Shown here: positions 1-10,202 of the stretch, in pieces
Layout of the letters: each line of letters starts with the position of its first letter
How positions within the stretch are numbered: position 1 is the first letter of the stretch
Origin: an uncultured Sphingomonadales bacterium
GTDB lineage: Bacteria > Pseudomonadota > Alphaproteobacteria > Sphingomonadales > Rhodothalassiaceae
NCBI GenBank assembly: GCA_947499155.1
Contig: CANMND010000004.1
Location: 76,633 to 140,632 of the forward strand
Direction: 5' to 3'
Length of the DNA stretch: 64,000 nucleotides
Program-made: the position numbers and the translations under genes
Notes under the pieces: model-generated
Told to the model about the DNA's origin: nothing
Databases searched by the model: none
What the model saw: only the letters and a program-made list of their open reading frames with translations

Positions 1-2
1 CG

Positions 3-2399
3 CCGGTCATAGCCAATCCCTTTGGATCTGGTTTTCTGGTCGGGAATTTCACCGGTTTCCAGTTCCAGTCACCGGATATTGCTGACCCCAATAACCCTGC
101 TTCATTCCTGTCAGGTGCAGATGGGATTCAGGACGCCTTTACCGGTACGGTCCTTCCTCAGCTATTGAATCTTGCCCCAGGTCTTATTGATCCGAGCCTT
201 GCAAATTTCAATATGGCCGCATTGTCTCCAGCCCAGCAGCAAGCGCTTAACAACACCTTCCAACAACTTAATGCAGGGACTGACGCGGCTGGTTTTGGGA
301 CGCTTTTGATACCGGATCCAGGTTGTAGTGCCGCTGCCGCCATTGATGATGATGTGGTGCCGGCCTTTAGTACCGTGCAGGACCCGATCACCGGCCAGGA
401 CGTGAATGTGGGATCGTGCCAATATGATTTTGGCCGCTTCTTCAATCTGGTTCCAAGAGAAACCAGGATTCAGGGGTTTGGCGCATTAACTCATGAATTC
501 AGTGACGCTGTTGAATTTTATGGAGAATTTGCTTTTGCCCGGAATCGGGCTGGTCGTCAGACATCAAACTTCCCTATTGTTAACCCAATCGCGCTTCTGC
601 CCAACAATCCTTTCAATCCGTTCACGGGTTCAGCCGGGCTGTTTATCGGCCGCAGCCCCGGATCGGGACAGGCGGGTGATTTCTTCACCGACACGCCCAA
701 TCCCAACACCTTTCGCCATGACACATATCGGGCGGTTGCGGGATTGCGCGGTGACCTGTCAAGCTCCTGGTATTATGATGTAAGCTATACCAGAGCGATC
801 AATGATTACCGTTTGACGGCATCAGATGGTCTCGCGCTCCAGACTAATCTGGCGCTCAATGGCTTTGGCGGACAAGGGTGTAACCCTTCGGCAGATATCC
901 CCGGAACCGGCAAGTGTTTTTTCTATAATCCGTTTTCATCAGGCGCACTTGCCGATGAAAGTGCACGGGTTCCTGTGACGGACTTGCTGGGCAATGTTCG
1001 CCTTGACAGCAGTGGCAATCCGGTAATGGTGCCGGTCAGAAACAGCTCTGAGGTGCTTGACTTCATTACTGGAGAAGTCACGCTTGACGGCAAAAGCGAC
1101 CTGACCGTTGTTGATGCCGTTGTTGCTGGTGAGTTGTTTGACCTGCCGGCTGGTCCAATAGGGGTTGCTGTCGGGTTTCAGTATCGCGAAGATCAACTGA
1201 CCCATGACCTTGATGATGACACGAACAAGGGCAACTTCCTGTTTGTCAGTGCAGCAATCAGGGACTTTTCTGCCAGTCGTGACGTTGTCGCGTTCTTTGG
1301 CGAAGTGAATATACCATTGCACGAGCGTCTGGAGCTGTCGGCTGCGGTCCGCTATGAAGATTATGGTGGAACCATTGGTGATACCGTTGATCCCCGCATT
1401 GCTTTGTTATTCAAGGCAACAGACTGGTTATCTTTGCGCGGATCATTCAGCACATCTTTCCGTGCACCTTCAGTCTATCAGCAGTTCGGTAACCAGACGT
1501 CTCTGAACTCAGTTATTGACCCGAGAAACCCCACAGCTCAGCCGTTCATAGCCATTAATACCATTGGCAATGAAGACCTGGATCCAGAAGAGTCGACGAA
1601 CTTCAATGTCGGCTTTACTGCAACTCCGGGTGCCGGTTTTGAGTTTAATTTCGATTACTGGAACTTTGATTTTGACGACATTATCGTGCGCGAGCAGCCA
1701 GAGGAAATTGCCCGGCGTGCACTGATCCCGTCGGCGCCTGGATTTGACCCCAGCCTGCTTGCCAATGGAACTGTGGCGCTTGGTCCGACCGGTGGTCTGG
1801 CCTTTATTCGCACGCAGTTCGTTAATGAGGCAGGTATCAAGACTGATGGTTTTGATGCATCTGCAACCTATCAGTATGACGCAGGTGTCGGAACGATCCG
1901 TGCCGGTATCGAAGGGACTTATATCAATAGCTACAAGGCCCCCGTTGGTGCAGGTGGTGCGGTAACTGATGTGGCAGGCTTCCGCAACTCGCAGAATTTT
2001 GCCTCACCGGTTCCGGAATTGCGCTTTAACGCACATCTGGGCTTTTCAACAGGCGGGCACAATCTGGTGGGCTTCGTCCGCTATACAGACAGCTTCAAGG
2101 ATGACCAGAATTGTGGTGGCGGAGACAAGCCGACTGACTTTGTCGGTGTTGATCCCGTGACACTTGGCTGTCCGGGCGGTCTGGATTTTGCGAAAATCTC
2201 CAGCCACACCACGGTTGATATGCAATACAGCTACAGCTTTGGGCCCCATGGTCCGTTGCAAGGTGCAAGCGTATCTGTTGGGGGCATCAATATCTTCAAT
2301 AATGCACCGCCTTTCGTGAATACGGATGGTGCCTATGAAAGCCGTACTCATGATCCCCGTGGCCGGATGATGTATGTGCGCCTGACGTCCCGCTTCTAG
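3..2399 (+). CDS. TonB-dependent outer-membrane receptor (5' end lies upstream of the window)
   Basis: The frame of listed ORF 165..2399 stays open back to nt 3, so the listed TTG is not the true start. Gly/Asn/Tyr/Phe-rich beta-barrel-type sequence ending ...MMYVRLTSRF, with the terminal Phe typical of TonB-dependent receptors. A hairpin terminator follows. Confidence 0.85.
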   Translation, partial: PVIANPFGSGFLVGNFTGFQFQSPDIADPNNPASFLSGADGIQDAFTGTVLPQLLNLAPGLIDPSLANFNMAALSPAQQQALNNTFQQLNAGTDAAGFGTLLIPDPGCSAAAAIDDDVVPAFSTVQDPITGQDVNVGSCQYDFGRFFNLVPRETRIQGFGALTHEFSDAVEFYGEFAFARNRAGRQTSNFPIVNPIALLPNNPFNPFTGSAGLFIGRSPGSGQAGDFFTDTPNPNTFRHDTYRAVAGLRGDLSSSWYYDVSYTRAINDYRLTASDGLALQTNLALNGFGGQGCNPSADIPGTGKCFFYNPFSSGALADESARVPVTDLLGNVRLDSSGNPVMVPVRNSSEVLDFITGEVTLDGKSDLTVVDAVVAGELFDLPAGPIGVAVGFQYREDQLTHDLDDDTNKGNFLFVSAAIRDFSASRDVVAFFGEVNIPLHERLELSAAVRYEDYGGTIGDTVDPRIALLFKATDWLSLRGSFSTSFRAPSVYQQFGNQTSLNSVIDPRNPTAQPFIAINTIGNEDLDPEESTNFNVGFTATPGAGFEFNFDYWNFDFDDIIVREQPEEIARRALIPSAPGFDPSLLANGTVALGPTGGLAFIRTQFVNEAGIKTDGFDASATYQYDAGVGTIRAGIEGTYINSYKAPVGAGGAVTDVAGFRNSQNFASPVPELRFNAHLGFSTGGHNLVGFVRYTDSFKDDQNCGGGDKPTDFVGVDPVTLGCPGGLDFAKISSHTTVDMQYSYSFGPHGPLQGASVSVGGINIFNNAPPFVNTDGAYESRTHDPRGRMMYVRLTSRF

Positions 2400-2424
2400 A
2401 GCCGGGCGGACGAGAATAGCGAAA

Positions 2425-2451
2425 GGGGCAGATGAGATTATCATCTGCCCC
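2425..2451. terminator. hairpin between convergent receptor gene and trxA (bidirectional terminator candidate)
   Basis: GGGGCAGATGA (2425-2435) pairs perfectly with TCATCTGCCCC (2441-2451) across a 5-nt loop. T-rich tracts follow the stem on either strand. Confidence 0.6.
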
Positions 2452-2512
2452 TTGTTGTAGCCTTTAAAGCGCTGTTTTTCGCTACGAGCTTTTATAAATG
2501 TCTGACACGGTT

Positions 2513-2848
2513 TCAGAGAAGGGCGTCGTCGATCCAGCTTGAGATCTGCTGCTTTGGAAGCGCGCCGACCTTTGTTGCCTGGATTTCGCCATTCTGGAAC
2601 AGGATCATGGTCGGGATACCGCGAACACCATAGCGGGTCGGGCTTTCCGGGTTTTCATCGATATTGATTTTTGCAATGATAACATCCTGACGCTCGCTGG
2701 CGATTTCCTCAAGAGATGGTCCGATCATCTTGCATGGACCGCACCATTCGGCCCAGAAATCCACCAGAACGGGTTTCCCCGATTTCAAAACGTCTTCTTC
2801 AAAAGTAGCATCGGTAATTTTGATGGTTGCCATCATGTGCTCCGTCAT
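2513..2848 (-). CDS. trxA: thioredoxin
   Basis: ~110 aa with the WCGPCK active site and a thioredoxin-fold sequence (VLVDFWAEWCGPCKMIGP). The start may be one of the nearby Met codons (MATIKITD). Confidence 0.95.
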   Translation of the reverse strand: MTEHMMATIKITDATFEEDVLKSGKPVLVDFWAEWCGPCKMIGPSLEEIASERQDVIIAKINIDENPESPTRYGVRGIPTMILFQNGEIQATKVGALPKQQISSWIDDALL

Positions 2849-2922
2849 TATCGGGGGGAATAAGTCTGTCGGTCATGAATATATGCCCGTTTGGGTAAAG
2901 GTAGGCATGCACCATGATATGG

Positions 2923-5900
2923 TCAAGGCGCATAAATGTGATCGGGCTGCAAGGGATCAAGAAGGCTATCGGGCAAGGCCATCATCCTTGGGCCATCAGT
3001 CCATAAAAGAGCGCAGATTACCGGACGACCCGGATATATCTGACGCAAAAGGGCGCGATAGGCGGCCATCTGTCGCAGATAGGCGTGGCTTACCATATCG
3101 GCATCTTGGGGAGGGGGACGGTTGGTTTTATAGTCGACGACATAAACACCGTCTTTTGTTACCGCCAGCCTGTCCACCTGTCCCCTGATGGCTGTCGTGC
3201 CCACAAGTCCGGTGATGGGGGCTTCAGCAGTGCTCTCAGGGCCAAATAGGACCGAGAAATCAGGATGCTCCAGTATGGCCGCAACTTCCGACCACCAAAT
3301 ATCGATCGTTTCCGGTGCAAGGTCATGGGCAGGACGGGACAGAAACTGCCGAGCCGCCTGCTCACGCCTGTCGCAAGGAATATCGGGCAGCAGTTCCAAC
3401 AGGCGATGGATAAGAATACCGCGCTGATATCGATTATGTGCCCCTGAAATCAGTGGGCTAAGCGCCGGGGGGTCATCCACATCGGGTCTGGACGGTGTCA
3501 GGGGCCGGACAGGGGCAGCTTCTGTGGCAGGAGGCAGGCGCAGCCACTTTGGCAGGTCAATGAGCGATTGCGGCTGGGTGGGAACCACGGCTCTTTCAAC
3601 CGGCCGCGTCTGGGGGCAGGACAGTCGTATAATCGTACGACCGCCCGCATCGGTTATTTCTTCGCGATGGTCCAGACGCTCAAACCCCTGTTGTACAAGA
3701 TCATGCCAGGTGGGCATGGATGATTGTCTTAAGGACTGCCATCCGGCGATATACAATCGGTCTTCGGCCCGGGTCAGCGCCACATAAAGCAGGCGACGAA
3801 ATTCTTCATCCTGCCGCGATGCATGCTCTTCTCGCGCTTTTGCCACCGGTCCCACTTCAAGGTCTTTTTTATTGCCACGCCAGACAAGAAGCGGCAGGTC
3901 TGGCCGCGCGGTAGGGCCGGCAGGCACGAGCTTGAAAAGGGAGTCCTTGTCGCTCGGGGCCTGGCCGCAATCGGGCAGAAAGACTATGGGGGCCTGCAAT
4001 CCCTTGGCCCCGTGAACGGTGAGGATACGGACCTCATTGCGCCCCTGATCCAGATCACGCTTGATCTCGGCCCCACCCCGCTCAATCCATTTCAAAAAGC
4101 CCTGCAAGGACGGTGGATTGTCCCGCTCATAGTCCTGCGCCAGATGCAGCAGTTCATCCAGCGGATCAGTTGCCTCAGGTCCAAGGCGGGCTATCAGGGC
4201 GCGTCGTCCGCCACGTTCAGTCAGAAGGCTGGCAAAAAAACGAAAAGGCGAGACCTGATCGGCCATGCGGCGCACGTCTTCAAGGAACGACAGGGCCTTG
4301 GCCAGTGCGGGGGTATCTAGTGCTTGCTGCGTCAGGCGCGACCACAGACTGGCCTTGCCACGATTATGGGCAAGGGTGAACAGGGTCTCTTCATCAAGCC
4401 CGACCATGGGGCCTTTAAGAACTGTGGCAAGGGCAAGATCATCTTCAGGCAGAAGCGCCACTTGTGCCAGAACGAGCATGTCCATCACGGCAAGCTGGGA
4501 CGTCACCTTCATACGGTCGGATCCCGCCACAGGGACATCAACAAGCTTTAGGGCCTTGATCAGGTGATCAACAAATTCGGTGCGGCGACGGACCAGCACC
4601 ATAATATCGCCAGGCCTGATTGGGCGGCTCTTGGCAGGGAGTTCCTCATGGCGATCCAGCATATCTTTTATATGGCGGGCAATGCGAACAGCAAGGCGGG
4701 CATCCGCACTGTCTGAGGCTTCCTGAACAAGGGGCGGCTCCCAATCCTCGCGCGGCGGTGCATGGGGTGTAGGCTCCAGGGGCCACAGTTCCACAAGCCC
4801 CGCGTCCCCGGTGCGAAAGGCTTCATGGTGAATGCTGCTGCCGTCAATGCTAAGGCCTTTTGCCATATCCGGGTCGGCAAAAACCGCATCGACAAGGCTT
4901 AATACGGCCTCGGTCGAACGGAAGGACAAATCAAGAGGTACGGTTTCAAAGGGATGGCCGACAGCACCCGTCCGTTCGCGGAACCGGTCGCGGGCATGGA
5001 TAAATTCACGGGGATCAGCGCGCTGGAAACCATAGATGGATTGCTTGACATCACCGACAGCAAAGACCGTTCGATGAATGTCACGGGCAGTGTCACCAGC
5101 GAAGAAATCTTCTGTCAGGGCCTCGATCACGCGCCATTGTTCAGGGTTGGTGTCTTGTGCTTCATCCACCAGAATATGACTGATCCCTGCATCCAGCTTG
5201 TAGAGAATCCACGGGGATATGCCGTCCATGTCAAGAAGCCGTTCGGTACCTAGAATGAGATCGCTATAGTCAAGGACGCCCTCTTTCTTTTTTTCAGCGT
5301 CATACGCTTCAAGAATGGCCGCGCCCAGGGTCAGGGCGGCTTCGGCAAAACCTGCAGCCCGGATGAGTTTTGAGGTTTCATCAATAGAGAGGACGCGCTC
5401 GATTTCATCTTCCATGAACGGGACCAGCCCGTCCCATTGGGCCTTTACGTCTTTGGTGGGGTAGCGACTGAGCTTGCGTGGTTCGTTCTTGCCGGTCAGG
5501 AAAATGGCCTTGTAGCTGGGCCACAAAGCCGCACGATCCGAGGCCTCGCTGTTGCAGATGGCTGCAAGGGCAGGGTGCAGGGTGCGCTTTTCACTGGCAG
5601 ATCCTGCGGTTTTTACAGCAGCAAGAAAGTGCCTGAGCTGTGTGAGGGGTAAAGCAGAGTCCCCAAGGGCTGATCGCAGATATGTCTCTTCGGACGGGTA
5701 GTCCGCCACTCCCAATGTACGTCTCACAGCAGCTTTTAGGCCGTCCAGCGAGCCATAGGCCGCACGCGATAACAGGTCGCCCAAAAGCCGCCTTTCCAGC
5801 ATCAGGTTACTGGTTAGCTTGTCAAAATCCTGTTCGTTCACTTCCTGCGCGATGGTCGAAAGCGCCTGATGCAGGGTTTTCCCTGAGACCTTGCGGGCCT

Positions 5901-6387
5901 GGTCGATCACATGATCCCGGGCGCGGCCCAAAAGCTCTTGCGCGCGGTCTTCGTCCATCACCTCAAAATGGGGGGCAATACCGGCTTCCAGTGGAAAGCG
6001 TGCCAACAGCGCCTGACAAAAGGAATGAATGGTCTGGATTTTTAGGCCGTCGCTTAAATCAAGGACATGGGCAAAAAGTCGGGGTGCCAGTTCCAGCATG
6101 GCGGCATCGGCATTCGCGCCACAGCTTTTAAGAATGTCATTTGCCAGATCGCTGTTAGCAAGAGTCGTCCAGCGGCCCAGTGTATCGCGAAGGCGGTTTG
6201 CCATTTCGGCAGCCGCAGCCTTGGTGAAGGTCAGGCACAAAAGCTGTTCCGGCGGTACACCTCTCAAAAGCAGACGCAACACCCGCGCTGTCAGAACATG
6301 GGTCTTGCCGGTCCCGGCGGAGGCCGAGACCCAGATGCTCGCCTCAGGACGACTCGCCGCGCGCTGCTTGTCGGTGAGACCGCTCAT
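2923..6387 (-). CDS. addA: double-strand break repair helicase-nuclease AddA
   Basis: 1154 aa. UvrD-type Walker A (SASAGTGKTHVLT), ILVDEAQDT box, and a C-terminal PD-(D/E)XK nuclease (GQVDRLAV...VVDYKTNRPPP). Overlaps addB by 4 nt. Confidence 0.9.
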   Translation of the reverse strand: MSGLTDKQRAASRPEASIWVSASAGTGKTHVLTARVLRLLLRGVPPEQLLCLTFTKAAAAEMANRLRDTLGRWTTLANSDLANDILKSCGANADAAMLELAPRLFAHVLDLSDGLKIQTIHSFCQALLARFPLEAGIAPHFEVMDEDRAQELLGRARDHVIDQARKVSGKTLHQALSTIAQEVNEQDFDKLTSNLMLERRLLGDLLSRAAYGSLDGLKAAVRRTLGVADYPSEETYLRSALGDSALPLTQLRHFLAAVKTAGSASEKRTLHPALAAICNSEASDRAALWPSYKAIFLTGKNEPRKLSRYPTKDVKAQWDGLVPFMEDEIERVLSIDETSKLIRAAGFAEAALTLGAAILEAYDAEKKKEGVLDYSDLILGTERLLDMDGISPWILYKLDAGISHILVDEAQDTNPEQWRVIEALTEDFFAGDTARDIHRTVFAVGDVKQSIYGFQRADPREFIHARDRFRERTGAVGHPFETVPLDLSFRSTEAVLSLVDAVFADPDMAKGLSIDGSSIHHEAFRTGDAGLVELWPLEPTPHAPPREDWEPPLVQEASDSADARLAVRIARHIKDMLDRHEELPAKSRPIRPGDIMVLVRRRTEFVDHLIKALKLVDVPVAGSDRMKVTSQLAVMDMLVLAQVALLPEDDLALATVLKGPMVGLDEETLFTLAHNRGKASLWSRLTQQALDTPALAKALSFLEDVRRMADQVSPFRFFASLLTERGGRRALIARLGPEATDPLDELLHLAQDYERDNPPSLQGFLKWIERGGAEIKRDLDQGRNEVRILTVHGAKGLQAPIVFLPDCGQAPSDKDSLFKLVPAGPTARPDLPLLVWRGNKKDLEVGPVAKAREEHASRQDEEFRRLLYVALTRAEDRLYIAGWQSLRQSSMPTWHDLVQQGFERLDHREEITDAGGRTIIRLSCPQTRPVERAVVPTQPQSLIDLPKWLRLPPATEAAPVRPLTPSRPDVDDPPALSPLISGAHNRYQRGILIHRLLELLPDIPCDRREQAARQFLSRPAHDLAPETIDIWWSEVAAILEHPDFSVLFGPESTAEAPITGLVGTTAIRGQVDRLAVTKDGVYVVDYKTNRPPPQDADMVSHAYLRQMAAYRALLRQIYPGRPVICALLWTDGPRMMALPDSLLDPLQPDHIYAP

Positions 6388-9300
6388 GGGGCTTTGCTCT
6401 TTTGTGGTTCAGGCTCTGGCAGGTCGTCGTCAGGGACCGGCAGTTGCGTCCATTCAGCCACCCGCGCCAGATGGTCATAGTCGCCATATAGCTTGTAAGC
6501 AGGTCGCGGTGTGGAGAGATAGGGCGTGGTCTCAAGGCTGAAGCGTTCCAAAAGTCCAACAAGTCCGTCTCTGGCAGCAGCGATGGCGGCATCATGGCCT
6601 TTAATGGAGGTGGGGACAATTGCCGGGTTGGTGCCCTTCAGGTACCAGAAGCTCAATGCTTTTGTGTTGGCCTTGTCGATCCCGGCGAATGCACCTTCTG
6701 CAGCCATCCAGCCCTGCAACGGCATCTGGGGGGCAAAGCCTGCCGCCACTTGCCTGTCGGATGGCGGCGTGCCGGTTTTATAGTCGATGATCTCCAATGT
6801 CCCGTCATCTATATGCCGGTCGATGCGGTCTGCCCGGGCCTTGAGCGTGAAGGGGTGATGGGTGCCGATCTCCAATGACCCACGGATTTCGGTTGCAAGG
6901 GTCTCATATGCATTGTCCCGTTGTCGTTGGAGAGTGATAAAATCTGTGGCGACGGCCTGAAAGCGCGGCCACCAGAAGGCCCAAATGGCCGGGCGATTCA
7001 AAAGCGGTCCAAATGACTGCCTGCCGCAGTCTTCCAGCAGGGCGACAGACTGCACATCGTCCATGGCGCTGTCCCATTTTTTTAAAAACAGGTCCAGCGC
7101 ATCGTGCATGACGGTGCCACGGTCCAAAGCGTCCGGGTCTGCTTCCAGTGGATCCAGGGGAGAAAGCCGCAGGATATGCCGGGCATAAAGCGCATAAGGA
7201 TCACGGACCCATGTCTCGATCTGGGTGACTGACAGTGCCTTGGGGCGTGCAGAGACCGGCGGCGTGGGCCGGGGCGGTGCAATGGGTGTCGCACTGTCCA
7301 CATGGTCAAGCGCCTGATAAAGCCGCAGATAAGCGTCACCGCCGCGGCTGACAGGGGGTGCCAGTACATGCAGACGTGACAGCCAGCGACTGGGGACAGT
7401 AGGGGTGCCATCCACCTTTTCCGCCCGTGTCATTACAACATCGGGGGCACCACAGGCCTGCATCAGGTCATGGGCGGCCTGTCCGGTGCGGCGTTCATGG
7501 TCGGGTAAACCAAAATCAGCGCGCATTGCCCGGCTCATCCATGGATCATGTCCCGGTGCTGCAGGCCAGACGCCTTCATTCATTCCGCCGAGGATCATCA
7601 GGTCGGCGTGATACAAACGGGCCTCGATGGTGCCCAGAATGGCGAGACGGGGATGCTGGCCATGCTGCGAGCGGACAACCTCGCCTTCCAGCAAGGCGTC
7701 GAAGAAGGCTGGATATTGTGTGCCTGGACACTTGGGCAATACGCGTGCCATGGATCGCACATCCGTCAGAATTCCGGCGAGCGCGCGCCCTGCATCCATG
7801 CTCCACAGCCGTTCAGAGCCGTCTTCATCTGAGGACTGTGCCAACGCTTCCGCGACACTCAGATGAAGGGTGTATATATCTTCAAACGGGAGGCTGTCTG
7901 CTCTAAGGGCCTGTTCAAGCGGCTCTAACAGGGCGAGGAAGGCGATCAGTTCTTCGATATCCGCCTCATCGACTCCAGCATCACGCACAGCCTGAATCAG
8001 ATTATGGGATCCCGGTTCCGGGCGAGGGCCTCGCAAGGCATATCCCTCTCTCCCGCGAAATTCATCGAGCCTGCGGGCAAGGCGCCGTACGTCCACGGGC
8101 GCGCCACCACCGGCTGCGAGAGGATGTTTCATCAAGGACAGCAAAGATAAGGGCGTCAGTTCCAGGGCCGCATGGGCGACCAGACGCAACCATGTGCCGG
8201 GAGGACTTTCCGCAAGGGCCTGACCCGCTGAGTCATCAACATCCAGATTCCAGCGCATCAGCTCTGCCTGCACCAGCCGCGCCAGTCGCCGATCGGGTGT
8301 GACGAGGGCCGCGCGCCTGCCGGGCGTCTCCAATGCTTCACGCATCATAAGGGCGATAACGCCTGCTTCTTCGCGCAGGCCTGGAAAATCCATTCGGCGC
8401 AAGCCCTTGAAAGTGGCTTTATGATCGCTGTCCAGATGCTCTTTGTAATCGGCCCAGAAGCCCACCCGTTCGGCAGGAAGCAGGGCTGTACGCATGAGCT
8501 GGATACGAGGCTGGCGGGACTTTTCGATGGCTTTGTCTACGGCGCTCAATGGCCAGGGCAGCACCTCGTCCCATGCCGCACCTATATGGTCCAGCAGCCG
8601 TGCCATCAGATATTGCGGATGGACAGGATCAAGGCTTTCACGGTCTTCCGGTGTGAGGCTCTGGTCCAGACCAGGCAGGATCACTGCCCCTTGCGGCAGG
8701 CGGGCGACAACCGAGAGAAGGTCAGCGGTTGCTGGGACCGAGCCTGTGGTGCCGGCCGCAATAACCGGATCCGTGGGCGGCGTGGTACGCCAGCGTTGGG
8801 CAAGGCCTGAAAGAAGGCGATTGCGCCGATCAGCCGGATCAATTCTGCCCATAGCTTCAAGTACTGCCGGCCATTGATGGGTAATGATCTTGAGGAATTC
8901 CAACACATGCTGCCAGTGCTGCGCCAGATCATCGGGTACGAGATGGGGAAGGTCTGCAAAATCAAGTCGTTCTGTATGAACGCTGTCAATGAGGCGCGCC
9001 AACTCGCGGGATAGTCTGAGAGCTGCGGCAAGGGATGAAGGACCACCGGCATCAGCGGATACTGCAAGGCTGAGACGGGTGAGCAGGAAAAGACGCTCGC
9101 TTTCTGAAATGGCGGGAGGGAGATCCAGGGCATCATCGGCGGCTGAACTGACATCAAGACTGTCTTCATCCACATCACCCACCGCCATCATCCGCGGCAA
9201 CAAAAGCGGCTTGCCGTCACTGGCCCTGAGGAAGGCATCATGAAGAGTTCGCTGACTGCGGCGGTTAGGGAGAAGAATGCGGGTGCGGCTTAATTCCAGC

Positions 9301-9398
9301 GGGTTGTCCTGATGACGGGCAAGCAGCGTCCGTGCCAGTGCATCTGCAAAGGAAAGGGCGGGATGAATTGTATAAATTCGGGGGCGACCGGTTTGCAT
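6384..9398 (-). CDS. addB: double-strand break repair protein AddB (alphaproteobacterial type)
   Basis: C-terminal nuclease motif RADRIDRH...EIIDYKTGTPP and coupling to addA. Start trimmed to ATG 9398 (MQTGRPRIYTIHP) because the listed 9479 start overlaps the upstream gene, whose stop is at 9409. Confidence 0.85.
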   Translation of the reverse strand: MQTGRPRIYTIHPALSFADALARTLLARHQDNPLELSRTRILLPNRRSQRTLHDAFLRASDGKPLLLPRMMAVGDVDEDSLDVSSAADDALDLPPAISESERLFLLTRLSLAVSADAGGPSSLAAALRLSRELARLIDSVHTERLDFADLPHLVPDDLAQHWQHVLEFLKIITHQWPAVLEAMGRIDPADRRNRLLSGLAQRWRTTPPTDPVIAAGTTGSVPATADLLSVVARLPQGAVILPGLDQSLTPEDRESLDPVHPQYLMARLLDHIGAAWDEVLPWPLSAVDKAIEKSRQPRIQLMRTALLPAERVGFWADYKEHLDSDHKATFKGLRRMDFPGLREEAGVIALMMREALETPGRRAALVTPDRRLARLVQAELMRWNLDVDDSAGQALAESPPGTWLRLVAHAALELTPLSLLSLMKHPLAAGGGAPVDVRRLARRLDEFRGREGYALRGPRPEPGSHNLIQAVRDAGVDEADIEELIAFLALLEPLEQALRADSLPFEDIYTLHLSVAEALAQSSDEDGSERLWSMDAGRALAGILTDVRSMARVLPKCPGTQYPAFFDALLEGEVVRSQHGQHPRLAILGTIEARLYHADLMILGGMNEGVWPAAPGHDPWMSRAMRADFGLPDHERRTGQAAHDLMQACGAPDVVMTRAEKVDGTPTVPSRWLSRLHVLAPPVSRGGDAYLRLYQALDHVDSATPIAPPRPTPPVSARPKALSVTQIETWVRDPYALYARHILRLSPLDPLEADPDALDRGTVMHDALDLFLKKWDSAMDDVQSVALLEDCGRQSFGPLLNRPAIWAFWWPRFQAVATDFITLQRQRDNAYETLATEIRGSLEIGTHHPFTLKARADRIDRHIDDGTLEIIDYKTGTPPSDRQVAAGFAPQMPLQGWMAAEGAFAGIDKANTKALSFWYLKGTNPAIVPTSIKGHDAAIAAARDGLVGLLERFSLETTPYLSTPRPAYKLYGDYDHLARVAEWTQLPVPDDDLPEPEPQKSKAP

Positions 9399-9408
9399 GG
9401 CCCTGAGT

Positions 9409-10188
9409 CTAATCGAGCAGACGGCGTTCTGCCAGCTTGACTGAATCGGGTGTCCCCACATGGGCCCAGAAACCTTCATGGATCAGGCCGTAAAGGCGGC
9501 CTTGAGGCGCAATGTCCTGCCAGATTTGGCGTAATGAAAACACGTCGTCCGTGACCGTTGTTGCAAGCGCCGGCTTTAGAATATGCACACCTGCATAGAC
9601 ATAGGGCGTAATAGTCAGTTCCTTGCGGAATTTCAGGCGCCCCATGGGGTCCATGTCAAAGTCACCGGTGCCATAATAGCCAAGTGCACGGCAGGAATGG
9701 ACGATCAGTAACAGACTGTCCATGATATCCGGGTCCCAGCGGCTGGCCAAATGGGCCAGGGTATCCACCAGACCATCACGCCAGAAGGCGTCACAATTAA
9801 CGACCAATATGGGTTCATCGCCAAGAAATGGTGCTGCTTTTCTGATGGCTCCCCCGGTATCCAGAAGCTGGTCACGCTCGTCAGAGAAGATAATATCCAT
9901 GTCGGTTTTGCGTGCGTTTAAATAGCTTTGGAGGTGATCAGCATGGGCATGAAGATTGACGACTACCCGTGTTACGCCTGCCTGCTCCAAATGCGTCAGC
10001 ACATAGTCTATGAGTGGACGCCCTTTTAGTTCTACCATTGCTTTTGAGCGGTCTTTTGTCAGGGGCATCATGCGGGTTCCCAGCCCGGCCGCCAGGATCA
10101 TCGCCGTTTTGGGAACAGCTGCATCCAATCGGGTTCTAAGTTTCAAAGGCAGGGTTTTGGCGATCTTGCTTGCTGTGCTGGTGGGCAT
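9409..10188 (-). CDS. murU: sugar-1-phosphate nucleotidyltransferase, MurU-like (MurNAc-1-P uridylyltransferase family)
   Basis: N-terminal AMILAAGLGTRMMPLT nucleotidyltransferase glycine loop, paired with an upstream AmgK-like kinase. Start trimmed to ATG 10188 (MPTSTASK), just after the kinase stop at 10203. The specific function is inferred from the gene pair. Confidence 0.7.
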   Translation of the reverse strand: MPTSTASKIAKTLPLKLRTRLDAAVPKTAMILAAGLGTRMMPLTKDRSKAMVELKGRPLIDYVLTHLEQAGVTRVVVNLHAHADHLQSYLNARKTDMDIIFSDERDQLLDTGGAIRKAAPFLGDEPILVVNCDAFWRDGLVDTLAHLASRWDPDIMDSLLLIVHSCRALGYYGTGDFDMDPMGRLKFRKELTITPYVYAGVHILKPALATTVTDDVFSLRQIWQDIAPQGRLYGLIHEGFWAHVGTPDSVKLAERRLLD

Positions 10189-10202
10189 GCGATTTCCGTT
10201 TC